From NCBI GenBank assembly GCA_036339875.1, contig JAYZAC010000081.1, positions 1 through 14,472 of the forward strand: DNA of 14,472 nucleotides. Direction: 5' to 3'. This document shows, one piece after another, positions 1 through 8,678 of this stretch. Each line of letters starts with the position of its first letter. The stretch's first letter is position 1. The notes below the pieces were generated by a model, which searched no databases, had not been told where the DNA came from, and worked only from the letters and a program-made list of their open reading frames with translations. Both the position numbers and the translations under genes were made by a program. The DNA is from a bacterium. Its GTDB lineage: Bacteria > Muiribacteriota > UBA6191.

Positions 1-1002
1 CGAATCAACGGTCAAGAGCTAACCAACAACGAACGGCGACAAGCCCAGGCAGAGGCCAAACGAAACGCAGAGTCTCGACCCACTATTGAGAAGCTGTGGC
101 AACTTTACCTTGAGAGCAAGGGTGATCAACTCAAAGGCGTAGTGACAGACAAGAATCGCTTTGATCTCCACTTGCGAAAACCCGTTGGCAACAGAACGCC
201 ACAGGAACTAGTCCCACTTGATATCGAGCGGTTACGCAGGCAGGCTGCCAAGAGTCACAGCATCGCCACCATCCGCAATGTTCTTGAGTTACTACGTCGC
301 ATCATCAACTTTGGAGTTCGTCAGCGCCATTGTGCCGCACTCGATTGGACCATTGAGCTGCCAAAACAGGATCCGAATAGCGAACGTATTGAAGTGCTAA
401 CCCCGGAACAGTTTCAGAACCTACAGCAAGTATGGGAATCCTATCCGGATCGTCAGCTTGCCCACTTGCATCAATTTATTAGCTGGACAGGATCGAGGCC
501 CTCAGAAGCCCTCAAGCTGCTCTGGAAGGATTTTGATTTTGGTTGAAGGAACTATACCAAGCGAGACACGAAGAGTGGCCAAACACTGCTTCAACCGATG
601 AATGAAAAGGTTCGCGAGGTGCTGTTGCAGCAAAGAGAGCTACTAAATAACAGTTCAGCAGAACGGCAGGAAAGCTCCTACGTATTCCCGGCAAGCGATG
701 GGGGTTTATGCAGATTGGATAGCTTAAAGAAGCGTTTCAGCAAACTAAGAGATCAGGCTGGCATCCCAAAAGAGTTCCGACCAAATTACTGCCTACGATA
801 TACAGTTGCTCCAATGATGTTGTCAAATGGAACCACTGTAGCTGAAGTCTCCCATCAATTGGGGCATGCCCCGGGCTCACCAATGACCTGTCGCTACGCC
901 AAATTCATTCCAGCAGCCCAGCAAAGCATCGCCAACAAAGCACAGGAGGCGATGAGTTCATTGCTCAAGCATCCTGCTGATCAAGTTGCCAAGATTGGTT
1001 GA
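1..1002 (+). pseudogene. Tyrosine recombinase / phage-type integrase, 5' end outside the window, interrupted by one in-frame TGA at 544-546
   Basis: Frame 1 is open from base 1 (RINGQELTNNERRQAQ...). ORFs 142-546 and 598-1002 share this frame and are joined by G-*-RNYTKRDTKSGQTLLQPM. Catalytic motifs are in the expected order: WTGSRPSE (Arg), DTKSG (Lys), NYCLRYT (HxxR position, Tyr instead of His), QLGH, RYA (Tyr nucleophile). Confidence 0.88.
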
Positions 1003-1096
1003 TATACCTCGCGCAGCAGTATACCTCTAATTCCTTAATGTTATTGCTCCATTTGAAGAGAACTGAAAAACAATATCGATGATTATCGATTGAAAG

Positions 1097-1150
1097 TGGG
1101 GCCAGATTGGGACAGAGAATTAAAGTTCGGTGGCTGGGCAGGTGGCTGGG
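1097..1150. repeat. Two short tandem direct-repeat pairs next to the att core (candidate integrase arm-binding sites)
   Basis: TGGGGCCAGA (1097-1106) / TTGGGACAGA (1107-1116) match at 8/10. GGTGGCTGGG is a perfect pair at 1129-1138 and 1141-1150. The repeats are seen directly; the arm-site role is inferred. Confidence 0.5.
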
Positions 1151-1222
1151 TAGAAAAAATACAAGCGTATTGAGAGGGACCAAAGGATTCGAATAAAACT
1201 ATGATTTTACTAAGAAAAAGTA

Positions 1223-1267
1223 TGGTGGCGGGGGCAGGATTTGAACCTGCGACCTTGGGGTTATGAG
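1223..1267 (-). tRNA. 3' fragment of initiator tRNA-Met(CAT), non-functional; attachment-site (attL/attR) duplication
   Basis: Minus strand reads CTCATAA CCCCA AGGTC GCAGG TTCAAAT CCTGC CCCCGCC A CCA. This is the anticodon loop (CAT), the CCC run of the initiator anticodon stem, a perfect T-stem GCAGG/CCTGC, the acceptor 3' strand and CCA. tRNA-like sequence stops at 1267; there is no D-arm or 5' acceptor strand. Confidence 0.92.
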
Positions 1268-1322
1268 TACTGTGAGAAAAATGATTTTCACCAGTATCTA
1301 TGCGGCCTTGAAGGAAGTGGGG

Positions 1323-2318
1323 CTAATTCACTGGCAGTTGGCTGTCAGTTGAGGAAGATTCGGACACCCGATCAAGCAGGTTTCGAGAGGTTGCCTCGGG
1401 CAGATTAACATAATGAGAAATCGTCGTGCTGATGTTGGCATGACGAAGAATTCTTTGGGCCACTGCTGGATTCTCATTGGCCAAGGAAGTGGCCAATGAT
1501 GCCCGAAACCCGTGAAGTATTTTACCATGAAATTCAATGCAAGCCTGAGCAGCATGTCTGGTAAGAGCTTTTGTCAAAGCGTTCGCGCTTGCTGGCAATA
1601 GGTCTCCGTTTCAATTATCCAGATACCAACGCTCCTTGGCTCCCCGCTCTTCTGAATCATCTCTGAGGAATTCATCAACCAGTACCTTTGCAAGGGGCAC
1701 AGTCTGCTCCTTCCCAGTCTTGACTTTGAAGCCAATCACCTTGACATGCCGCAAATAAACGACTCCTTTGTCTAAATTGATATTTTCCAAACGAAGTGAG
1801 TGAATCTCCCCGCGACGAAGACCAATATAACGCAACAGATAGTAGGCTCTCAAGTGATTGAGGATGGCTTTCTGCTTTGTTTCTGATGTTGCTTCACGCC
1901 ATCTTTGGTGCAGATAGCGTCCAAATTCTTCAATGTTTTGCTGACCGTGTGGTCTAGGTTGCTGTCTAACAACAGCTGGCATTGGAAATTTGATGAGCTT
2001 GCAAGAGTAGTCCTGAGCAAAGCACTATTTGAAGATGCCATTGAGAGCGATGCAGATTTTTTGTTCGGTTCTTGGAGCCAACCCCCTCTTACTTAATCCT
2101 CTAAGAAGATTGTGCCTAAGGTGTAAGCGGTAATCATCAAAGGCAGTGTCCCTGCAGTATTTGATGAGGACATTATAATGTTGTTCAACGTTATTTAGAT
2201 AGCTATCACATCCCCATACCCAATTCATGCATCTTTTTTCAAATTCAAGGAGATGCCTCTGTCTATCAAGAAATGAAGCAATATTTTGGCTCAGTTGTAG
2301 GGGGTTACGACTGCAGCC
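1323..2318 (-). pseudogene. Tyrosine recombinase / integrase interrupted by two in-frame stops (TAG 2025-2027, TGA 1611-1613); 5' end eroded or uncertain
   Basis: ORFs 2025-2228, 1611-1982 and 1323-1598 are in one frame and read through as ...LNGIFK*CFAQDYSCKLIKFPMPAVV... and ...WYLDN*NGDLLPASANAL.... Motifs: IGLRRGEI (Arg), VKTGK (Lys), LHGFRAS (HxxR), ILRH, TTISHY (Tyr). The frame stays open upstream to a TGA at 2319-2321. Confidence 0.88.
1331..1352. repeat. 11-bp tandem repeat inside the last codons of integrase 2 (candidate arm site)
   Basis: CTGGCAGTTGG (1331-1341) / CTGTCAGTTGA (1342-1352), 9/11 identical. Confidence 0.4.
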
Positions 2319-2731
2319 TCATTGCCACGACCAGTGCGCGTGGGAACCTATTACTGATCTGGGATACTGCTCAGCTAATACTAATTTCAAAACGCTCTAT
2401 ACCGGATGTCGGTGGCGCAGCACCATTTGAACATAATTTCATACTAACAATGAATGTGACAATTTACAGAGCGAGAATATAAAAGTTTCTAAGAGCAATA
2501 ACGCAGGATGAATAATCATCTTACGAAGGTCTAGATTCAATTTTTGAAGGATCACAATATATAATTTACAAGCAGGTACAAAAAGTCATAAGGTGTTGTG
2601 AGCTAGATAATAATTAATTAGCTCTAGATTTTTTCAATGATTAATTCCATGATGGTTGTAATGCTCAAATTGGCAGAACTCGAGAGGGAAAATTCTGATG
2701 GATAAGAAGAGAAATTCTAATTAAAATTACA

Positions 2732-4030
2732 CTAAAAAAAATATTTCGATAACATGGCGAAGTTTTCTGAATAAGTTACTAAAATTAATATCAAAGCAAT
2801 TAGAATTACAAAAGGTATTGCACCCTGAAATACTTTAAGAATTGGTACCTTACTAATTGCTGAAATAACGAAGAGATTCATACCAATCGGTGGAGTTATT
2901 ACAGCTAATTCCATATTGATTACTACTAAGATACCGAAATGGATCGGATCCATTCCAAAATCAAGAATTACTGGTAATAAAATTGGTACAGTAATCAGAA
3001 TTACAGAAATAATTTCAAGAAAACATCCAAGTGCCAAGAGCATTAAATTGGTACACAGTAAAAAAACTACAAGAGACGGTCCCCACGATTGAACAAATTG
3101 AGAAAAAGACAAAGGTATTTGATTAATTGTTACGATGTATCCGAAAACTGAGGTAGCAGCCATTATAAAAAGAACTACAGCTGCTAATTGACCAGCATCA
3201 CTGATAATTGATATTGCTGGCTGCATATCTGATTTGCGGTAAAATGTTAAAGCTAATGATGCGGAATAAATTACTGATACTGAAGCTGCCTCAGTCGGAG
3301 TAAAGACACCACCGTAAATACCCCCAAGAATCAAAAAAGGAAGAGCTATTACTGGAGCTGCACGAGCAATAAGTCTTACAATATCACTCGAACTTGCTGC
3401 TACTTCGATTTTTAAAAGATTTTTACCACTTCGCATCCTGTCTCCTACCAAATATATGTAGAGACAGAATGAAAACCCTAAAACTAGTCCAGGACCAATA
3501 GCCACAAGGAAAACATCTCCAACACTTATTTCAGCAACTGTGGAAAATATGATTAAAGGTACACTTGGTGGAATTAGGATTCCTAAGCCACCACCAGCAG
3601 CTATTAAACCTACTGAAAACTGACGACGATAACCTCCCTCAATTAATTTGGGGATCATCACCCTACCAATAGCTATAGCCGTTGCAACACTCGATCCGCT
3701 TATTGCGCTGAATACGATAGTTGCAACCATTGCAACCATCGCAAGGCCACCACGCATACGTCCAAATATAGCTTCTGCAGCATTGATTAAATCCTCTGTA
3801 GCACGACTTTTGCCCAATAAATCAGCAGCTAAGATAAAAAATGGAATTGACAATAACTCGGATTTATTAAGAAACCAAAACATGTTAGTCGGAATTATCG
3901 AAGCATCAGAAGCTGTCAAAATGAAAAACGCGAGCGCCGCAGTAATCATTGAGAAAGAGATTGGAATACCAGCAAGCAAAGTAGGAAGAAGAAGTATTAC
4001 TGATATGGTGAGTGCTAAATTTTCACTCAT
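2732..4030 (-). CDS. dctM: TRAP transporter large permease subunit
   Basis: 432 aa, highly hydrophobic. DctM motifs: LLSIPFFILA, ISGSSVATAIAIG, GGGLGILIPPS, GGIYGGVFTPTEAA, MDPIHFG, ITPPIGMNLF. Confidence 0.95.
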   Translation of the reverse strand: MSENLALTISVILLLPTLLAGIPISFSMITAALAFFILTASDASIIPTNMFWFLNKSELLSIPFFILAADLLGKSRATEDLINAAEAIFGRMRGGLAMVAMVATIVFSAISGSSVATAIAIGRVMIPKLIEGGYRRQFSVGLIAAGGGLGILIPPSVPLIIFSTVAEISVGDVFLVAIGPGLVLGFSFCLYIYLVGDRMRSGKNLLKIEVAASSSDIVRLIARAAPVIALPFLILGGIYGGVFTPTEAASVSVIYSASLALTFYRKSDMQPAISIISDAGQLAAVVLFIMAATSVFGYIVTINQIPLSFSQFVQSWGPSLVVFLLCTNLMLLALGCFLEIISVILITVPILLPVILDFGMDPIHFGILVVINMELAVITPPIGMNLFVISAISKVPILKVFQGAIPFVILIALILILVTYSENFAMLSKYFF

Positions 4031-4092
4031 ATGGGTTGGTAGGAAAAGAGATCTCTAAAAAATAAATTTGGCTACACCTCCTTTACTAAAAA

Positions 4093-4596
4093 TCATATTC
4101 TTTTTGGTATGAGAAAAAGAACTAGATTTCGAATCCCGACCAGGAAAAAACTTATTGGCATAATTATCATTACAAGCCAGATTGGAGTTTCTAAAGTACT
4201 CACAGCAGTTTCGCCTATCTTGAACGAAAAAATAGTTTCTTTGAATGAGTAAAAGGTCAAAGAAAATGCAAGAATTGCCAAGACTAGTTGAATTATAGAT
4301 TCAATCCTAAGCCTCCACTTTTTATTGAGAGCTTGTTGTAAAATATCAATACTAATGTGGTTATTATTTCGATCAGCTAAGACAGTCCCAACAAAAGTCA
4401 TCCAGATGATAGAATATATAGAAATTTCTTCAAAGCTACTTAATGAAAGATTCAACACAAAGCGGCCGAAAACTAGAAGGAAATTAAGCGCGGCGCCTGT
4501 TATAAGACTAACTGCTATGATGGTAGTCTCAATAGCAGCTAGCCTCTGATCAAGTTTTACTAAGTAAGTTCTGATTTCAACTCTTTCCAGTTTCAC
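4093..4596 (-). CDS. dctQ: TRAP transporter small permease subunit
   Basis: 167 aa with four hydrophobic segments. DctQ pattern V-x-x-R-F...EE(I)S...IW-x-x-F-x-G...HISID...P-x-W. Lies between dctP and dctM. The GTG start is tentative. Confidence 0.92.
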   Translation of the reverse strand: MKLERVEIRTYLVKLDQRLAAIETTIIAVSLITGAALNFLLVFGRFVLNLSLSSFEEISIYSIIWMTFVGTVLADRNNNHISIDILQQALNKKWRLRIESIIQLVLAILAFSLTFYSFKETIFSFKIGETAVSTLETPIWLVMIIMPISFFLVGIRNLVLFLIPKRI

Positions 4597-4607
4597 TAAA
4601 TAACAGG

Positions 4608-5594
4608 TTATTTAACTTTGTTAACTAGTAATTTGATTGCATCTGATTGTTGATCCACAACTGGCTGAACTGATGATACCCATCGGTTACGGTCACCAGC
4701 TTCGAGATCGTGTATGGCAACACCTGCGTCACGCATCAACTGTTCAGCAGCAGCTACTTCCTTCTTAATTGCCTCTTTGTTCCAAAGTGTCATTTCTTTT
4801 GCGGCTAATGCAACGGCTTTTTGTAAATCGACAGGCAATTTTTGATAGAATTTTTTGTTCACAGCAAAAATATAACCGCCGTAAGCTAAATTCAGTCTAG
4901 TCATATGTCTCAAAACATCAGTTAATTTCAGAGATGCTGCAAACGCAGGTGTAGTGAGAGCACCTTCTGCAACACCATTTTGCAATGCTAAATATACTTC
5001 ACTTCCTGGGATGACTGTAGGAACAGCCTCAAATGCTTCAATAGTTGCTTCAAGTGTCGCAGAAGGATAAGTTCGGATTTTCATTCCTGCAACCTGGTCC
5101 AAATTACTAATAGGTTTTTCAGTTGTGAACAAATGAGTTGGGGTATCGTACCAATAACCAAGTGCAATTAAACCTTTTTGATCCAAATCTTTACTAACTG
5201 CAATACCGGCGGCTCCATTCCAGGCATCCGAAATGTGGGAGTAATCACGAAATATCATTGGCATTGTAAATACCTTGGCGCTTGCCGAGATTGACTCATA
5301 GTAGCTTACGAAAGGCATGATTGCTTCAACTTGCCCTCTCAAAGCAGCTGTAACTTCTTGTTTGGAGGGAATTAGTGAGGAATTTGGAAACATCTTCACC
5401 TCAATCCTATCTTTGCTTAATTCTTTTAGGCGATTTGCAAACTTTAAAGCAGTTCTTGCTTTAAGATGAGTATCAGATGTTTCATAAGATATCTTCATCG
5501 TATATTCACCAGCAATACTGGATGTATAACTGATTGAAAAGATAATAAGAAAAATAGTTAAAATCGTGTAATTTTTTGCATGTGAATTAGACAT
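4608..5594 (-). CDS. dctP: TRAP transporter substrate-binding protein (DctP family)
   Basis: Signal peptide (MSNSHAKNYTILTIFLIIFSISYTSSIA-). Motifs VKMFPNSSL, GMKIRT, EVYLALQNGV. Start placed at the ATG at 5594, which has GAAAGGT 6 nt upstream; the ORF track starts at 5627. Confidence 0.92.
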   Translation of the reverse strand: MSNSHAKNYTILTIFLIIFSISYTSSIAGEYTMKISYETSDTHLKARTALKFANRLKELSKDRIEVKMFPNSSLIPSKQEVTAALRGQVEAIMPFVSYYESISASAKVFTMPMIFRDYSHISDAWNGAAGIAVSKDLDQKGLIALGYWYDTPTHLFTTEKPISNLDQVAGMKIRTYPSATLEATIEAFEAVPTVIPGSEVYLALQNGVAEGALTTPAFAASLKLTDVLRHMTRLNLAYGGYIFAVNKKFYQKLPVDLQKAVALAAKEMTLWNKEAIKKEVAAAEQLMRDAGVAIHDLEAGDRNRWVSSVQPVVDQQSDAIKLLVNKVK

Positions 5595-5660
5595 TGTTTT
5601 ACCTTTCGTATTAGTTCCAATATTCATAATGAACCAGAATCTGAGGTTGGTTTATTCACG

Positions 5661-6614
5661 CTAAATAGGAATTGCCAGATCTTCAGCTCTCCCCTTCGTT
5701 TGCACTGCTTCAGGCATGTAGCGCCCAATTGTCTCCATTGAGACTGCTACTTGACGAGCCATCTGTAATGCCAACTCATCATTAATCACTTGACCATGCT
5801 TTTCTAATACAGAAGAACCTGTCTTTATGTACACTGGGGCACATAATCTGATCATTTCAGGGGCATCGTACATTCTCATAAATCCTCCGGTTGCTTGAGG
5901 GTTATCTATGTGAACATGAATGGGAATGTCGACTGATTCTCTCAGCCCGGACATTATCGAGAAGTCAAGATCTCTTTGCGAAGCTATTGTATCTGCGCCC
6001 AATTCTTCCAACATTTTATAAGTTACAGGGTTATTATGGCCTAGATGAGCAGAAGCCATAAGTTTTGTATCGTGAGGTAATTCTCCATGATCACGCATTT
6101 TTTTGCAGAGAATTAGCAACCCTTCGTCTGATATAAGCAGGCCTCTGCCTCCCATTCGGGTAATTCGCTTTGCATCCTCCATTGCATAGATAACCTGTTC
6201 CATACCTCTTGTTCGAAGCGCAGAAGCGTGTCCCCAGGGAGTGTGAATGAATTTTGATGCGCTGATGTCGTAGATACTACGAGGTCCAAGTGCGAAGAAA
6301 ATTTCTATATTGTAGTTTCGGCCTACATCAAGATAGGCTTCCTGCTCCTTATCAGAAAATCTCATAATACCAGCAGTTTGATCAATTCTATTTATTTTTA
6401 CTCCACTCTCCTCCTCAACCACGTGCACTAAAGTTTTTACAGCATCAGCTGAATTTACAGTAGGGACTTCAACACGAAAATGAGCTCCATCAGGAAATTT
6501 CGAAGTTGAAGTTGGCAGGCTCCACCTGTCGCCACTGGGATAACCAAGTTTTTTTGCAAATGCTCGACTTTCAGCGAATCTCTCGTCAATAGTATTTAAA
6601 TTTTTTTCTGTCAT
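5661..6614 (-). CDS. Conserved uncharacterised protein resembling the group often annotated 'U32 family peptidase' (probable TIM barrel); function unknown
   Basis: 317 aa with GAGAG upstream of the ATG. I recognise the N-terminus (LPTSTSKFPDGAHFRVEVPTVN...GPRSIYDISA) as this family from memory. It has only two Cys and carries HLGH and HVHIDNP segments. The CDS is secure; the family label is moderate. Confidence 0.65.
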   Translation of the reverse strand: MTEKNLNTIDERFAESRAFAKKLGYPSGDRWSLPTSTSKFPDGAHFRVEVPTVNSADAVKTLVHVVEEESGVKINRIDQTAGIMRFSDKEQEAYLDVGRNYNIEIFFALGPRSIYDISASKFIHTPWGHASALRTRGMEQVIYAMEDAKRITRMGGRGLLISDEGLLILCKKMRDHGELPHDTKLMASAHLGHNNPVTYKMLEELGADTIASQRDLDFSIMSGLRESVDIPIHVHIDNPQATGGFMRMYDAPEMIRLCAPVYIKTGSSVLEKHGQVINDELALQMARQVAVSMETIGRYMPEAVQTKGRAEDLAIPI

Positions 6615-6636
6615 TAATCATCTCTCATGATTAGAT

Positions 6637-8664
6637 TTATTGATTCAAATAAATGTTCTTATAAACATCTATTTTCGCATTCCATTCTGGGGGAATATAA
6701 ATTGTTGAACTCATCTCCTCAATAACTGATGGTCCGCTAATTGTTGAACCTGAATCTAACATTTTACGATCATACACAGGGCAATCAGTCCATACTTTTT
6801 TAATGTAAATTTTTCTATATTCTTTAGTTTGTAGTGTCTTGCTTTTAAATTCCTGTTTAGCAAATCTTGGAATCGAAATGGGGATCAAAGCCCGGATACG
6901 CAAGTTGACAATTTCAATCTCTTTATCAATATCCAATCTACCATATGTACGTTCGTATTTTTGTTCATAAATTTTGATAACTTCTTTTAAAGATATGTTT
7001 TCATAAAAGTTTATGGTTATTTCGTGTGCTTGGCCAACAAATCTAGCATCTAACTCAATTTTAAACTCAATATTGTCAGTAATTTCACCGTCATTTCTGA
7101 GCTCTTCTATCAATTCACTTCTTATTTTGGAACATCTATATTTAAGTTGTAATAAACTACTTCTATTCAATGGAATTAGTAAAGTCTCCATACGTTCTCG
7201 AAACAAATTAGAGCAAAGACCACCAAATGCGGAAAAAGTGCCCGGTGATGGTGGAATAATAACGGTAGGTATTCCTAGCTCTTCGGCAATTAATGCAGCA
7301 TGCATGGGCCCTGCACCACCATAGCTAATCAAAGAGAAATCCCGTGGATCATAGCCTTGGCCGACCGAAATTTCGTAAATGATAGAAGCCATCTTTGTGA
7401 CGGTCAAGAAAAGAATTCCCTCCGCAGTTTCCTCAACCGGAGAACCTATTTTCTTAGCAATTCGGTCAATTGCCGTCCTAGCTTTGCTTAAATCCAGCTG
7501 TAAGCTACCCCCAAGCTTTTGATCTGAACCTAATCGCCCGAGTACGATATTTGCGTCAGTTACGGTAGGATCAACTCCCCCTCGGCCGTAACACGCAGGG
7601 CCCGGGTCTGCGCCTGCGCTGACTGGTCCCACGAAAAGGCTACCTCCTGAATCAATTCTAGCAATGCTTCCTCCACCAGCACCAATAGTTTGAATATCTA
7701 TTTGGGGGATTTTGATAATGATGCCTTCAAAAATAGACTCTCGTTTAATTGGCAAAGAATTATGTTCAACTAAAGAAACATCAGTTGAAGTTCCTCCCAT
7801 GTCATAAGTAATAAAATTTTTTAAGCCTATTAAGTTTGAAAGGTAGGAGGCAGCGGATACCCCCGCAGCAGGTCCTGACAAAATTGTACGAATAGGGTAC
7901 TTGTAGACCAAATTTTCAGACAGTAGACTTCCATTTGAAGCCATAGTATGAAATGATTTTTGATAATTTTTCTCACGTAATTTTTCAATGAGTTTCTTAG
8001 TGTATATTGTCATCTTCGGAGCTAGATAAGCATTGATAACGCATGCCATGAACCTTTCATATTCTCGAATCTCATTGACGACACTTGCAGAGTAAGTTAC
8101 AAACTTAAAATGACTTTTTAATACTTTGGCAACCATCGATTCATTTTCTGGATTTCTGTAGCTATTTATGAAACATACCGCCAAACTTTCAACATTCAGA
8201 GATTTAAGCTTTTTGATTAATTCATTAAGAGCCATTTCATCTGGAATTTTCAAAATTTTACCACTAGCTGAAGTCCGTTCATCTATTACAAATCTTAGAT
8301 GTCGAGGAACAAAAGGTGGGGGACGTAAAAAATAGGGATTATAAAGAGAGTGAGGTACCATCCTTGTAGTGCGGCCAAGTTCAATTATATCCCGAAACCC
8401 CTTTGTGGTAATTAAAGCAGTCTTTGCACCATTTTTTTCTAGTAAGGTATTTGTCCCAACTGTCGTTCCATGCACAATCAGATTACAAGTATCATAGTTG
8501 ATATTTGCTTTTATGAGACTCGTCAAGACCCCTTGTTCTGGGTAAATGGGGTTAGATAAATCTTTAAAGTAGTGTATTTCACCGTTAGATAAATCGTGCA
8601 CAGTTACATCTGTAAAAGTCCCGCCGATATCTATACCTATGAAATTTTCGAAATTGGGCTCCAA
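6637..8664 (-). CDS. hyuA: Hydantoinase A / 5-oxoprolinase family ATP-binding subunit (HyuA-like)
   Basis: Motifs GIDIGGTFTD, HGTTVGTN, TTKGFRD, REYER, SGPAAG, DMGGTSTD, IGAGGGSIA, SAGADPGPACYGRGG, PTVTDAN, DPRDF, GGAGPMHA. Start uncertain: TTG at 8664 (no overlap) is preferred over TTG at 8706 (28-nt overlap with the upstream gene). Confidence 0.92.
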   Translation of the reverse strand: MEPNFENFIGIDIGGTFTDVTVHDLSNGEIHYFKDLSNPIYPEQGVLTSLIKANINYDTCNLIVHGTTVGTNTLLEKNGAKTALITTKGFRDIIELGRTTRMVPHSLYNPYFLRPPPFVPRHLRFVIDERTSASGKILKIPDEMALNELIKKLKSLNVESLAVCFINSYRNPENESMVAKVLKSHFKFVTYSASVVNEIREYERFMACVINAYLAPKMTIYTKKLIEKLREKNYQKSFHTMASNGSLLSENLVYKYPIRTILSGPAAGVSAASYLSNLIGLKNFITYDMGGTSTDVSLVEHNSLPIKRESIFEGIIIKIPQIDIQTIGAGGGSIARIDSGGSLFVGPVSAGADPGPACYGRGGVDPTVTDANIVLGRLGSDQKLGGSLQLDLSKARTAIDRIAKKIGSPVEETAEGILFLTVTKMASIIYEISVGQGYDPRDFSLISYGGAGPMHAALIAEELGIPTVIIPPSPGTFSAFGGLCSNLFRERMETLLIPLNRSSLLQLKYRCSKIRSELIEELRNDGEITDNIEFKIELDARFVGQAHEITINFYENISLKEVIKIYEQKYERTYGRLDIDKEIEIVNLRIRALIPISIPRFAKQEFKSKTLQTKEYRKIYIKKVWTDCPVYDRKMLDSGSTISGPSVIEEMSSTIYIPPEWNAKIDVYKNIYLNQ

Positions 8665-8678
8665 TTTTGCTATCTTTC

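Noticed and set aside
1223..1300. A complete tRNA-Met gene
   Set aside because: Sequence beyond 1267 cannot form the 5' anticodon stem, D-arm or 5' acceptor strand.
544..2027. Stop-codon reassignment or programmed readthrough to explain the in-frame stops in both integrases
   Set aside because: Both TGA and TAG are involved, and both terminate intact genes in this window (e.g. hyuB TGA, dctM TAG). Single-base nonsense mutations are the simpler explanation.
218..2482. Short ORFs around the integrases (218-400, 512-694, 965-1183, 1328-1555, 1850-2041, 1905-2096, 2227-2430, 2273-2482) as excisionase or regulator genes
   Set aside because: They overlap the integrase frames or the att region and show no HTH/Xis-like pattern or convincing RBS.
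5628..5656. Hairpin between the U32-like gene and dctP as a terminator
   Set aside because: Weak AT-rich stem with a mismatch on the transcribed strand and no U-tract; it sits inside an apparent operon.
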